DNA of 64,000 nucleotides from Fervidobacterium sp. (GTDB taxonomy: Bacteria > Thermotogota > Thermotogae > Thermotogales > Fervidobacteriaceae): positions 288,001-352,000 of the forward strand of contig JBMFNR010000001.1 in assembly GCA_049970055.1 (NCBI GenBank). The letters run 5' to 3'. Below the pieces are notes generated by a model, which searched no databases, had not been told where the DNA came from, and saw nothing but the letters and a program-made list of their open reading frames with translations. The position numbers and the translations under genes are program-made. Below are positions 20,678 to 30,905 of this stretch, piece by piece. Every line of letters starts with the position of its first letter. The first letter of the stretch is position 1.

Positions 20678-21103
20678 GTGAGAAATGTGCAAAGCGAATT
20701 CAACATTATGAACATTTCCTCAACAGGACTATCTGCGCAAAGGTTAAGGATAGAAATTATCTCAACTAACATTGCGAACTCTGAGACAACAAGAACGGAA
20801 AACGGAGGTCCATACAGAAGAAAAGTACCAGTTTTTCAAGAGTTAATAAGGAATGTAAACGGTGAAAAGGAAAATGGCGGAGTGATAGTGAAGAGTATAT
20901 ACGAAGACCCATCAGAGTTTCGGATAGTATACGATCCGACGCACCCAGATGCCGATGAAAACGGTTACGTTAGACTGCCCAATGTCAATATTGTTCGCGA
21001 GATGGTTGATATGATAAATGCACAAAGAGCTTATGAAGCAAATGCAACTGCAATAAATACGACAAAGGCTATGATCAATGCTGCCCTTCAGATAGGGAGG
21101 TGA
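20678..21103 (+). CDS. flgC: Flagellar basal-body rod protein FlgC
   Basis: NIANSETTR..GGPYRRK, YDPTHPDADENGYV.LPNV, AQRAYEAN; start may be GTG 20687. Confidence 0.96.
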   Translation: MRNVQSEFNIMNISSTGLSAQRLRIEIISTNIANSETTRTENGGPYRRKVPVFQELIRNVNGEKENGGVIVKSIYEDPSEFRIVYDPTHPDADENGYVRLPNVNIVREMVDMINAQRAYEANATAINTTKAMINAALQIGR

Positions 21104-21109
21104 TGGCAA

Positions 21110-21400
21110 ATGATAGATAAAATTAGTGGAGTTAATAATCAAATCCAAAGTACCACAAAAGTTCAGCAAAAAAATGATAATAGCGAGTTTAGTCAGATAC
21201 TCTCGCAAGCTTTAAAAACGGTAAACGAGCAGCAGAAAAATGTTGAACAGATGTCAGACGATTATGCGAAAGGGAAGATAAGCAATATCCACGAGCTTAT
21301 CGTAGAAGCTGAGAAAGCATCAATTTCTTTGCGCCTTACCGTCGAGGTTAGAAACAGAATAGTCGATGCTTATAGGGAAATAATGAGAATGCAATTTTAA
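21110..21400 (+). CDS. fliE: Flagellar hook-basal body protein FliE
   Basis: [19 protein letters not shown]-terminus. Confidence 0.95.
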   Translation: MIDKISGVNNQIQSTTKVQQKNDNSEFSQILSQALKTVNEQQKNVEQMSDDYAKGKISNIHELIVEAEKASISLRLTVEVRNRIVDAYREIMRMQF

Positions 21401-21421
21401 ATACAACAGAGTCTAATAATT

Positions 21422-21453
21422 AAAAAAAGCGGGGGAATTGTCCCCGCTTTTTT
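21422..21453. terminator. Bidirectional intrinsic terminator
   Basis: AAAAAAAGCGGGG-GAATTGT-CCCCGCTTTTTT. Confidence 0.88.
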
Positions 21454-21467
21454 ATTGGCGTTTTTTA

Positions 21468-22382
21468 TTACGGCCTTACAAATGGTATTATAATTCCCAA
21501 AATACCAGCGATAACTCCAAGCCATGCAATCATATTTATGTTGTCCACTTTTTCATTGAGCGCATTTATCTTTGATGTTGTTTCGCTTGAGATATTCGTT
21601 ACATCCGCTTTTGTTGCGTAGTCGGCGAGTTTTGTATTGATATTCTTCTCAAGATCATTAATTTGTTTTCTGAGTAAGTAATCTGTGTCGCCAATTTGTG
21701 CGGCCAGTCCTGTGAGTATATCGTTCAAACTGGAGACACTATCGAACAACTCTGTTAAAGATGCTTCAAGCATATCAACTTGTTCCCTATCAGCTTTTGC
21801 GGACAAATTATCGTAGATATTTACTATATCTTGGTCGTGCATGTCAAGCTTTAAAGCAATTGGTTCAAGCTCGTCGAGCATTCCTATCTTTTCTTGAATT
21901 GCTGCAACTTGCTCGGAAAGTGTACCAAGCGTTTCGTAAATCTTTAAAATATCGGAATCATGAATGTCAAGTGTAACTTTCAAATCTTCCAAAGCTGTTT
22001 GAAATTCGGTTGAGGATGCTAATTGTTCTTGAAGCGAAGACACCGAAATCTCAACATACGAAGTGAGTCTTTCTTCCAACGCGGCTAGGTTTGATGAAAG
22101 TTCGTATAGCATGTCCCTAAGAGCTGGTAAACCGGTGTCGACGGTATTCTTAACATTTAGTAAATCAGTTTCAATATTTGAAAGCCTTAACTCCACGTCT
22201 GATGCGTATGCTTCAAAATCATCGACACTGAGTTTTGTTCCAACAGTGTCATATATCATGTTCGTGTACTCTTCAAGAAGTTCAATCCTGTTTAAAAGAG
22301 CGTTGATATCCACTGTTTCATCTTGTGCGAAAACCATTAAACCAAAAAACAAGACCGCAAGAATAATCCCCAGTTTTCTCAT
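21468..22382 (-). CDS. Omp-alpha-like coiled-coil protein lacking the SLH domain
   Basis: Signal peptide, acidic heptad repeats, C-terminal hydrophobic anchor; shares HDQDI, GLAAQ.GD.DYLLRKQI and TGLPA.RDMLY blocks with 30906..32270. Confidence 0.8.
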   Translation of the reverse strand: MRKLGIILAVLFFGLMVFAQDETVDINALLNRIELLEEYTNMIYDTVGTKLSVDDFEAYASDVELRLSNIETDLLNVKNTVDTGLPALRDMLYELSSNLAALEERLTSYVEISVSSLQEQLASSTEFQTALEDLKVTLDIHDSDILKIYETLGTLSEQVAAIQEKIGMLDELEPIALKLDMHDQDIVNIYDNLSAKADREQVDMLEASLTELFDSVSSLNDILTGLAAQIGDTDYLLRKQINDLEKNINTKLADYATKADVTNISSETTSKINALNEKVDNINMIAWLGVIAGILGIIIPFVRP

Positions 22383-22666
22383 AATGTTCCCTCCTTCTTT
22401 CAAAAGTGTGATGTGAAAAAACAATCAAACCTACCAAAAAATTATACCACCGAAATTTTGTTACAGCAAAGGATCGCAATTACTAACCAAAATCTATTAT
22501 ATCACTTTAAAACATGTTTTTGCAAATATTTTTTTATTTTCTGCGAAAATCACATAACAAGTTCAAATTTAACAAATTCAGCAAATGAAAATTGAACTTG
22601 CTTAAGTACGCCAAGTATCTTCCAATCCTCTCCAAAAAAATCGAAGGTTGTCAACACTATTGTAAC

Positions 22667-22695
22667 TTGACACACCGCTATTTTTATTGTATCAT
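22667..22695 (+). promoter_or_regulatory. Sigma70-type promoter of rpsO
   Basis: TTGACA-17 bp-TATCAT. Confidence 0.75.
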
Positions 22696-22701
22696 ACTTT
22701 T

Positions 22702-22765
22702 GCCCTTGCTCGGTTGGAGGCATAAGCCACTTCTTGGCAAGTGGACAGCGTTTATCGGAGGTGTA
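22702..22765 (+). promoter_or_regulatory. Putative ribosomal protein S15 autoregulatory leader RNA
   Basis: GC-rich structured 5'UTR (CTTGCT/GGCAAG, GGC-ATAA-GCC, CCACTT/AAGTGG pairings) before the rpsO RBS. Confidence 0.5.
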
Positions 22766-22770
22766 GAAAG

Positions 22771-23025
22771 ATGAACAAAGAGGATATCATCAAGGAATTT
22801 CAGATCCATGACACAGACACAGGTAGCACAGCAGTCCAGATAGCGCTATTGACAGCGCGCATTAGGCACCTTACAGAACACCTTAAGAACCATCCAAAAG
22901 ATTATCACTCAAGACGCGGACTCATGAAGATGGTTGGAAGACGAAGAAAAATGCTTAAGTACCTTATGAAAAAAGATCCAGAGCTCTACAAACAACTCCT
23001 TGAAAAACTTTCACTTAGAAAGTAA
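22771..23025 (+). CDS. rpsO: 30S ribosomal protein S15
   Basis: [40 protein letters not shown]. Confidence 0.98.
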   Translation: MNKEDIIKEFQIHDTDTGSTAVQIALLTARIRHLTEHLKNHPKDYHSRRGLMKMVGRRRKMLKYLMKKDPELYKQLLEKLSLRK

Positions 23026-23047
23026 GAAAGTAATTAAAAAATCATGA

Positions 23048-23077
23048 CAACAGGGCGGGAAACCGCCCGTTGTTTTT
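23048..23077 (+). terminator. Intrinsic terminator after rpsO
   Basis: GGGCGG-GAAA-CCGCCC followed by GTTGTTTTT. Confidence 0.85.
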
Positions 23078-23126
23078 AAATGACACGTTTAATGGCTTGT
23101 TTTTGAAATTATTTGGAGGTGCTTTC

Positions 23127-24167
23127 ATGGCTACCAATATCAATCTCCACAGATTGGATGCATACGATTACGAATTACCAGAAGAACTTATTGCACAAGT
23201 GCCGGTCGAACCTCGGGACCATTCAAGACTGATGGTGGTCAACAAAAATACTGGTGAGATTGAACATAGGATATTCAAGGATATAAAAGACTATCTTGAA
23301 CCAGGTGACCTGCTTGTTTTTAACACAAGCAAAGTTATTCCTGCAAGATTATTAGGCAGAAAAACGACAGGTGCACAGGTAGAATTGCTGTTACTTGAGA
23401 AGTTAAAACCGGGCATCTGGAAATGCCTTGTTAAACCTGGAAAAGCAGTTAAAGAAGGCACAGAAATTGTATTTCAAAATAATAACTCTAAATTGTTTGG
23501 AAAATGTATTGGACGAGCAGAAGAAGGAACAAGGATAATCGAGTTTTCCGAAAATGAAGATAGCATCATATTTTCATTCGGTGTTGTTCCGCTTCCTCAT
23601 TACATAAAGAACGAAAATGTGAGCATAGATAGGTATCAAACGGTTTACGCGAAGCACGAAGGAAGTGTAGCGGCACCAACTGCGGGACTGCATTTCACAA
23701 AAGAGCTTCTTGAAGAGTTGAAAAACAAAGGAGTAATTACAACTGAGGTTGTACTACATGTTGGCATTGGTACATTCAGACCTGTAAAATCTGAAGATAT
23801 AAGGCAACACAAAATGCACGAAGAATACTACATTGTCCCAGAAGAGACTGTAAAGCTCATAAACGAAACGAAACTATTGGGAAAAAGAGTAATCGCCGTT
23901 GGTACAACGAGTGTAAGAACACTTGAGACAATGGCAAAACTTGAAAAGCAATCTTCTTATTCGGGCAAAACAGATATTTTCATATTCCCACCTTTCGAAT
24001 TCAAAATCGTCGATGCGTTAATAACCAATTTTCACTTACCCAAATCATCTTTAATAATGCTTGTTAGTGCGTTTGCTGGTTATGACTTAACGATGAAAGC
24101 TTACAATATAGCAGTTCAACAACGGTATCGCTTTTTCTCATTTGGAGATGCTATGTTCATTTTCTAA
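23127..24167 (+). CDS. queA: S-adenosylmethionine:tRNA ribosyltransferase-isomerase QueA
   Basis: YDYELPEELIAQ, GSVAAPTAGLHF, LHVGIGTF, TNFHLPKS, YRFFSFGDAM. Confidence 0.97.
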   Translation: MATNINLHRLDAYDYELPEELIAQVPVEPRDHSRLMVVNKNTGEIEHRIFKDIKDYLEPGDLLVFNTSKVIPARLLGRKTTGAQVELLLLEKLKPGIWKCLVKPGKAVKEGTEIVFQNNNSKLFGKCIGRAEEGTRIIEFSENEDSIIFSFGVVPLPHYIKNENVSIDRYQTVYAKHEGSVAAPTAGLHFTKELLEELKNKGVITTEVVLHVGIGTFRPVKSEDIRQHKMHEEYYIVPEETVKLINETKLLGKRVIAVGTTSVRTLETMAKLEKQSSYSGKTDIFIFPPFEFKIVDALITNFHLPKSSLIMLVSAFAGYDLTMKAYNIAVQQRYRFFSFGDAMFIF

Positions 24168-24259
24168 GTTAACAATGTTAACAAAATCAATTGTAACAGA
24201 AAAAAATTGGTACTTGATATATAATAATCCTTTGGTGTAAAAAGTGATAGGGGTGTTCT

Positions 24260-24730
24260 ATGCGTATCCTTGGTATTGATCCAGGTTATGGTATTGTTGG
24301 TTATGGAATCATTGAAAAACAGGGTAATAGGATAATTTATATAACACACGGAGCAATTACAACGCAAAAAGGTGAGCATTTCGAAGACAGGCTTGATTAC
24401 ATCTACAATCAAACCAAAGAGCTTATAGAGACGTACAAACCTGAGCTTATATCAATTGAAAGTTTGTACTTTTACAAGAACATCAAAACTGCCATATACG
24501 TGGGAGAAGCCCGTGGGGTAATACTCCTTGCTATCAAGCATTCAAAAACCCCGTTTGTTGAATTCACACCTCATCAGGTAAAGCTGACCGTAACTGGCTA
24601 TGGGAGAGCTGATAAATCGCAAGTACAAAAAGTTATGAAAATACTTCTCAAGCTAAGCGAAGTACCAAAACCAGATGATGCAGCAGATGCGCTTGCTATC
24701 GCGTGGTGCGCGGCTGTTACGCATCGGTAA
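24260..24730 (+). CDS. ruvC: Holliday junction resolvase RuvC
   Basis: [31 protein letters not shown]. Confidence 0.97.
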   Translation: MRILGIDPGYGIVGYGIIEKQGNRIIYITHGAITTQKGEHFEDRLDYIYNQTKELIETYKPELISIESLYFYKNIKTAIYVGEARGVILLAIKHSKTPFVEFTPHQVKLTVTGYGRADKSQVQKVMKILLKLSEVPKPDDAADALAIAWCAAVTHR

Positions 24731-24794
24731 TTGAAGAGGTAGTTGAAAAACGTCAGAAATTAGAACATGTTTTACTACCTTTGGAGGTGTCTGC

Positions 24795-27700
24795 ATGATA
24801 CACGTCTTTGAAGTTCAGCGATCTATAAAATCAATAGCTCAAAAGATAGGTATAAATGCCGATGGACAATTGAAAAAAGTTGTCTATGACAAACAGAGGG
24901 AAGTTGTCACATTCGTTGTTGAGAATTTTCAAGGTGAAATCGAGCATTTCAAAAATGTACTCGGTGATTTCATTGGCGTACATATAGACGTTGTGCTGGA
25001 AAAGGAAAATGATGTAGAAAAGATAGATCAATTCATCTATCAGCAACTTAACGGTTCTGGTAAGTACATTGAAAAAATAGAAATTAGTGGAAAGACTTTA
25101 AAAATTTATGCACTCGGTGAATTTGCAAAAGCGCAAATAACGAAAAAGCTTAAAAGGATAAAATCCACACTACCATTTGACGAGTACGTAATTGAAGTCA
25201 TTGAAAATACACATATTCCAAGACAAGGTCAAGAACCTTTTGGTGCGAACATTGAAAAAAGTACACAAACAAGCAAAGAAACAGCTGTACGCGAAAGTGC
25301 AAGTGTGACAGTTGAAAAACTAGCAGATGAGAAGCATGAGGCGGTTAAAGGTAGTGAAAAAGAGGAAAAAATTGGCGAACCGAAAGAAATCATCGAAGTT
25401 GAGAAAATCCTTAAATCCATTTATTCACTTTCAAACATGCCTCGTAAAAATGGCAAAGAAAGGCTAAAGATTTATGGGAAAGTTTTTAAAATCGATAAGG
25501 TTGTCAACGATGTTTTGAACGTTTACATAACGGATAAGAAAGATTCGATGATGTTGAAAGCCTTTAACTCAAAGGTCCAGCTCGTTGAGGAGAAGATCGA
25601 AATTGGTAATTGGTACATATTCTCAGGTACTATGCAAGTTGACAAAAACAACACCCCCTTTTTGAGGATTGAGAATCTCACGCCGATACCATCACTTGAT
25701 AGAAATGATAATTCAGTGGAAAAAAGAGTCGAGCTTCACGCGCATACCAAGATGAGTGACCTTGACAGTGTTATGGATGTTTCAGAGTACGTTCAAACGG
25801 CTAAGAGATGGGGTTGGGAAGCTATTGCAATAACAGACCACGGTAATGTTCAATCCATACCAGAATTTTACGAGCTGGCGAAGTCTTCCGGGATAAAACC
25901 GATATTCGGATGCGAGCTTTACGTTGCAAATGACCCAAAGAAGATAATAATTAATGGAATAGAAAGTAAATTTGAAGAAGCGACGTACGTTGTTATAGAT
26001 CTCGAAACAACGGGCTTAAATCCAAGAAGCGATGAAATAATGGAAATTGGTGCAGTAAAAACTAAAGATGGCCAAATTCTTGAAGAATTCCACACGTTCG
26101 TCAGACCAGAGAAATTAAAACAAAAAAGTCTTGACATAACGGGAATAACCCAGGAAATGCTCAAAGACGCGCCTAGTATCTCACAGGTTCTTCCGAACCT
26201 TTTAACCTTCTTAAAAGATTCCGTAATTGTTGCGCACAATGCGGATTTCGATATTACATTTTTGAGAAATACTTTTTCCAGATATTCAATTGATTTTAAT
26301 CCCACTTACATTGATACATTGAGATTCTCTCAGGCACTTTTAAGAAACAAATTGAAATCTTTTTCACTTGATAAGTTAGTGGATCATTTTGACTTAGGTA
26401 CTTTCCAACACCACAGAGCACTCGACGATGCAAGGGTTACCACGCAAGTTTTCTGGAAACTTCTAGAATTGGCCAAGAAAAAATCGATAAATACATTAGA
26501 CAAGATAAATAAATTAGTTGAGAATATAAATCCACTAACAAAACATCCGCAACATATTACCGTAATTGTTCAAAACAGGACGGGGCTTAAAAATCTTTAC
26601 AAACTAATTTCAAAAGCTCATACAGAAACTTTCTTTTCCGTTCCTCAAGTTTTAAAATCTGAACTTGAGAAACATCGTGAAGGTTTGTTGATAGGAACTG
26701 GTTGTGTGAATTCAGAGATATTTGAACTTGCACTCCAGAAAGATAAAGAAGCTCTTATGGAAGCTTTAAAATTTTACGATTACGTTGAAGTGATGCCACT
26801 TGATACGATTGTTTCGGAAGAGTTCACACAAGAGGAAGCAAAAGAGGCTTACAAACTACTTTACGAGGTAGCGAGAGAAATAAATATTCCCGTTATCATG
26901 GTCTCCAATGCGCACTTTATAGATCCTGAGGACATAAAAGCAAGAAAAGTGCTCTTAGCTCCGCAAAGCAACATAGAAGATGCAGATGCAAATTATTACC
27001 TAAGAACCACGGAGGAGATGCTGAATGCAGCAGTTGAAATCTTTGAAGATGACCATATAGCAAGAGAGGTTGTAATTACTAATCCGAAGAAAATTGTGGA
27101 AGCGATAGAAGTAATTCAACCACTTGAGAAAAAGCTCCACCCACCGAAGATAGAAGGTGCCGACGAAAAATTAAGAACAATGGCGTACGAACGTGCGTAC
27201 GAACTTTACGGTAATCCGCTCCCAGAACTTGTTGAAAAACGAGTTGAACGAGAGTTAAACAGTATAATAGGTCATGGGTATGCTGTACTTTACATGATCG
27301 CACATTTAATAGTGAAAAAAGCAGGTGAAGATGGTTACGTTGTTGGTTCGCGTGGTTCTGTTGGTTCATCTCTTGTTGCCCACCTTGTTGGAATAACGGA
27401 GGTTAACCCTCTACCAGCTCATTACAGATGTCCAGAGTGTAGATACTTTGAAATCCACGAAGAGTATGGCTCTGGTTACGACTTACCAGATAAACGATGT
27501 CCTCGATGTGGGGCCAAACTTGAAAAAGTCGGGCAGGATATACCATTTGAAGTGTTCATGGGATTTGAGGGAGATAAGGTACCTGATATAGATTTAAACT
27601 TTTCAGGAGAATACCAAGATCGTGCTCACAGATTCATTGAAGAATTATTCGGAAAATCTAAGGTTTTTCGTGCTGGTACGATAAGCACGATAGCGGACAG

Positions 27701-29012
27701 AAGCGCTATTGGTTACGTCAGAGCTTACATGGAAGATAAAAATGGCAATATCGTTAATCCACTCAGTCAAGCTGAACAAGAAAGACTTGCAATGTATGTC
27801 ACGGGTGTTAAACGTACTACGGGACAGCACCCGGGGGGGTTAATGATAGTTCCGGATGGTTACGATATTCATGATTTCACACCGTTCCAACACCCTGCAA
27901 ACGATAAAAAATCAGGTGTTTATACGACACACTTTGCGTACGAATCTATCCACGACGATTTGGTGAAATTGGACGCGCTTGGTCATGATGATCCAACCAT
28001 GATTAAGCTACTTTACGAATACAGTGGTATAGATCCGATGACTGTACCAATGGACGACAAAAAGACTATGAGTATATTCTCTTCGACGAAATCTCTTGGA
28101 ATCGATCCAGAGGAACTTGGTACCGACGTGGGGACAATCGGCATACCCGAGTTTGGTACAGACTTTGTCATGGGAATGCTCAGAGAAACAAGGCCAAAAA
28201 CATTCGCAGAACTTGTAAGAATCTCCGGTTTATCGCATGGTACCGATGTGTGGCTTGGAAATGCACAGACTTTGATAAGCAGAGGAATGGCTACACTATC
28301 CGATGTCATATCCTGTCGTGATGATATCATGATCTACCTTATCCATAAGGGCGTACCACCTTCGAGTGCATTTAAAATCATGGAAAATGTAAGAAAAGGT
28401 AAAGGTTTAAAGGAAGAAGAAATTAAAATAATGAGGGAACATAATGTGCCTGAGTGGTTCATAGAATCTTGTCAAAAGATAAAATATCTTTTCCCTAAAG
28501 CTCATGCAGTTGCGTACGTCAGCATGGCATTTAGAATAGCATACTTCAAGGTTCATTATCCTTTGGCGTTTTACGCAGCTTATTTTTCAACGAAGGGTGA
28601 TGAGTTCGATGCTGAATTGATCCTCAATGGTAAGGAAGCAATTAAAAGAAGACTTTCCGAACTATCTTCAAATGCAAAAAAAGACGTTAAGGAAAAGAAC
28701 GAAGAAAAAGTTTTACAAGCTGCCCTTGAAATGATGCTGAGGGGCTTCGGATTTAAAAGACCAGATTTGGAAAGAAGTGACGCTAAAAGATTCATAATTG
28801 ATGGTAACAGTCTGATCATACCATTCAATAAGATACACGGCATTGGTGACAATGTAGCTGTTGCTATTGTCGAAAAACGCAAAGAAAAGCCGTACACATC
28901 CGTAGAGGATCTGATGAGTAGAGCACGAGTTACAAAAGCCCAAGTGGAAGTATTAAAACGCTTAGGTGTTTTAACGAAACTACCGGAAACAGACCAAGCT
29001 ATGCTATTTTAG
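24795..29012 (+). CDS. polC: DNA polymerase III PolC-type alpha subunit
   Basis: ELHAHTKMS PHP domain, embedded DEDDh exonuclease (DLETTG, HNADFD, HRALDD), GSRGSVGSS, Zn finger, KVPDIDLNFSG, KYLFPKAHA. Confidence 0.98.
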   Translation: MIHVFEVQRSIKSIAQKIGINADGQLKKVVYDKQREVVTFVVENFQGEIEHFKNVLGDFIGVHIDVVLEKENDVEKIDQFIYQQLNGSGKYIEKIEISGKTLKIYALGEFAKAQITKKLKRIKSTLPFDEYVIEVIENTHIPRQGQEPFGANIEKSTQTSKETAVRESASVTVEKLADEKHEAVKGSEKEEKIGEPKEIIEVEKILKSIYSLSNMPRKNGKERLKIYGKVFKIDKVVNDVLNVYITDKKDSMMLKAFNSKVQLVEEKIEIGNWYIFSGTMQVDKNNTPFLRIENLTPIPSLDRNDNSVEKRVELHAHTKMSDLDSVMDVSEYVQTAKRWGWEAIAITDHGNVQSIPEFYELAKSSGIKPIFGCELYVANDPKKIIINGIESKFEEATYVVIDLETTGLNPRSDEIMEIGAVKTKDGQILEEFHTFVRPEKLKQKSLDITGITQEMLKDAPSISQVLPNLLTFLKDSVIVAHNADFDITFLRNTFSRYSIDFNPTYIDTLRFSQALLRNKLKSFSLDKLVDHFDLGTFQHHRALDDARVTTQVFWKLLELAKKKSINTLDKINKLVENINPLTKHPQHITVIVQNRTGLKNLYKLISKAHTETFFSVPQVLKSELEKHREGLLIGTGCVNSEIFELALQKDKEALMEALKFYDYVEVMPLDTIVSEEFTQEEAKEAYKLLYEVAREINIPVIMVSNAHFIDPEDIKARKVLLAPQSNIEDADANYYLRTTEEMLNAAVEIFEDDHIAREVVITNPKKIVEAIEVIQPLEKKLHPPKIEGADEKLRTMAYERAYELYGNPLPELVEKRVERELNSIIGHGYAVLYMIAHLIVKKAGEDGYVVGSRGSVGSSLVAHLVGITEVNPLPAHYRCPECRYFEIHEEYGSGYDLPDKRCPRCGAKLEKVGQDIPFEVFMGFEGDKVPDIDLNFSGEYQDRAHRFIEELFGKSKVFRAGTISTIADRSAIGYVRAYMEDKNGNIVNPLSQAEQERLAMYVTGVKRTTGQHPGGLMIVPDGYDIHDFTPFQHPANDKKSGVYTTHFAYESIHDDLVKLDALGHDDPTMIKLLYEYSGIDPMTVPMDDKKTMSIFSSTKSLGIDPEELGTDVGTIGIPEFGTDFVMGMLRETRPKTFAELVRISGLSHGTDVWLGNAQTLISRGMATLSDVISCRDDIMIYLIHKGVPPSSAFKIMENVRKGKGLKEEEIKIMREHNVPEWFIESCQKIKYLFPKAHAVAYVSMAFRIAYFKVHYPLAFYAAYFSTKGDEFDAELILNGKEAIKRRLSELSSNAKKDVKEKNEEKVLQAALEMMLRGFGFKRPDLERSDAKRFIIDGNSLIIPFNKIHGIGDNVAVAIVEKRKEKPYTSVEDLMSRARVTKAQVEVLKRLGVLTKLPETDQAMLF

Positions 29013-29225
29013 GTTAATTTAAATCACCCCAGGCATTTCAGATGAAATGGTTTTACTTAACCAAAATATTGCATAAATCCAGAAATATATGATATAATAG
29101 TTCTCAGCAAAATAAAATGTACGGTCGCGATCACTTATAATTACGTGTGAACATAAATAACCGCATATAAACACATGTAACTACCGAAGTAGTATTCTAA
29201 TAGATAAAGGAGTGGAGGTGCAAGG

Positions 29226-29459
29226 ATGTTGGCAGCTGTCTTAATTATCATTCATACGATCGTAGCAGCCGGTCTTATTTGGATGGTACTTCACGAAATG
29301 AGCAAGTTTGCGGAGCTTGGTGGGGCATTTGGTAGTGGAGCAGCTTACACGATGTTTGGAAGGAAAAAGGGGTTGGACACATCTGGAAAAATAACCGTTG
29401 CTCTCGCCGTTGCGTTTTTTGCTTTGTGCTTCTTAACATCTTGGGTTTTATCAAGGTAA
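29226..29459 (+). CDS. secG: Preprotein translocase subunit SecG
   Basis: Two TM segments with LGGAFGSG linker; precedes tyrS. Confidence 0.9.
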   Translation: MLAAVLIIIHTIVAAGLIWMVLHEMSKFAELGGAFGSGAAYTMFGRKKGLDTSGKITVALAVAFFALCFLTSWVLSR

Positions 29460-29488
29460 TAACTAACGCATGATAAAGTGGAGGGTTA

Positions 29489-30688
29489 TTGATGAAACTT
29501 AGCCCCGAAAAGCAGTTTGAGATACTCAAAAAAAATGTCGTAGATTTAATTTCCGAAGAAGAATTTTTGGAGCGGTTAAAAGAAGGTAGGCCTCTTAGGG
29601 TCAAACTTGGTGTTGACCCTTCGAGGCCTGATTTACATTTAGGACATGCCGTTGTACTGAAAAAACTCAAACAATTTCAAGATCTTGGTCACCAGGTTGT
29701 GTTGATTATAGGCGATTTCACAGCTATGATAGGAGATCCATCTGGAAGGAACACCACCAGACCTATGCTCTCACGCGAAGAAGTTGTAGAAAATGCAAAA
29801 AGTTACGCGCAGCAAGCTTTTATGATTCTTGATAAGGATAAGACAGAAATCAGGTACAACAACGAATGGCTTGGTAGCATGACATTTGCAGACGTAGTCA
29901 AACTTGCGGGAAAATACACAGTTGCGAGGATGCTTGAAAGGGAAGATTTTGCAAAAAGGTACGCGGAGGGGATTTCAATAAGCATTTCGGAATTTTTGTA
30001 TCCACTTGCCCAAGCGTACGACTCTGTGGCCATTCAAGCCGATGTAGAGCTTGGTGGTACTGACCAACTCTTCAATTTGATGGTGGGTAGAAAAATTCAA
30101 GAAGAGTACGGATTAAAGCCGCAGATAGTTATGACAATGCCCATCATCGAGGGTACTGATGGGAAATTGAAAATGAGTAAAAGTTACAACAACTACATTG
30201 GATTTACAGACGAACCAAAGGATATGTACGGGAAAGTTATGTCCATTCCCGACGAATTAATTGTAAAGTACACGCGACTACTTACTGATTTAGATGAGGA
30301 AAGCATAGCGAAAATGGAAAAGCAAATAAACGAAAAGTCAGTGAACCCAAGAGACTACAAAATGTGGCTTGCAAGGGAGATTGTTAAGCAATTTTACGGT
30401 GAAGAAAAAGCGAAAGAAGCAGAGGAATACTTCATTACCGTATTCCAAAAGAAAGAAGTACCCGATGACATGCCTGTGGAAAAAATGGAAAAGAGAGTTT
30501 ACAACATAGTTGATTTACTTGACAGCCTCAAAGTTGGTACGCGAAGCGAAATAAAAAGATTAATAACGCAAGGGGGAGTGTATTTCGACAACATTAGGAT
30601 CGACAACTTCAAAGCAAGTGTGGAAATAAAAGATGAACACATCTTAAGAATTGGAAAGCGTCAATTTATAAAGATTTTAGCCCAATAA
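29489..30688 (+). CDS. tyrS: Tyrosine--tRNA ligase
   Basis: KLGVDPS.PDLHLGH, YPLAQAYD, GGTDQLFN, KMSKS, C-terminal S4 domain. Confidence 0.98.
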   Translation: MMKLSPEKQFEILKKNVVDLISEEEFLERLKEGRPLRVKLGVDPSRPDLHLGHAVVLKKLKQFQDLGHQVVLIIGDFTAMIGDPSGRNTTRPMLSREEVVENAKSYAQQAFMILDKDKTEIRYNNEWLGSMTFADVVKLAGKYTVARMLEREDFAKRYAEGISISISEFLYPLAQAYDSVAIQADVELGGTDQLFNLMVGRKIQEEYGLKPQIVMTMPIIEGTDGKLKMSKSYNNYIGFTDEPKDMYGKVMSIPDELIVKYTRLLTDLDEESIAKMEKQINEKSVNPRDYKMWLAREIVKQFYGEEKAKEAEEYFITVFQKKEVPDDMPVEKMEKRVYNIVDLLDSLKVGTRSEIKRLITQGGVYFDNIRIDNFKASVEIKDEHILRIGKRQFIKILAQ

Positions 30689-30905
30689 TGAACGTTTAGT
30701 TTCTGAAATTCTTGGAAAATAAAGACATTACATTTTGATCTGAGCGGAAAATATGGTATAATCTTCTTTGGTAGATTTTTGACAGATGGAGTTCTTGGAT
30801 TCAATCAATTCAATTTAAGTTCAACGAGTTTTCTGGGTTCTTTGAAAATTTAATAATCTGCAGCAAATATTGAGATTAATATTATTGAGAAGGGGGTAGA
30901 TAAGT

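Noticed and set aside
24795..29012. Possible intein in PolC
   Set aside because: Length is normal for PolC; no intein splice motifs or LAGLIDADG motifs seen; the inserted domain is the usual proofreading exonuclease.
29013..29488. T-box or ncRNA upstream of secG/tyrS
   Set aside because: No T-box core (AAGGTGGTACC-like) or terminator/antiterminator visible; only a promoter and an AT-rich leader.
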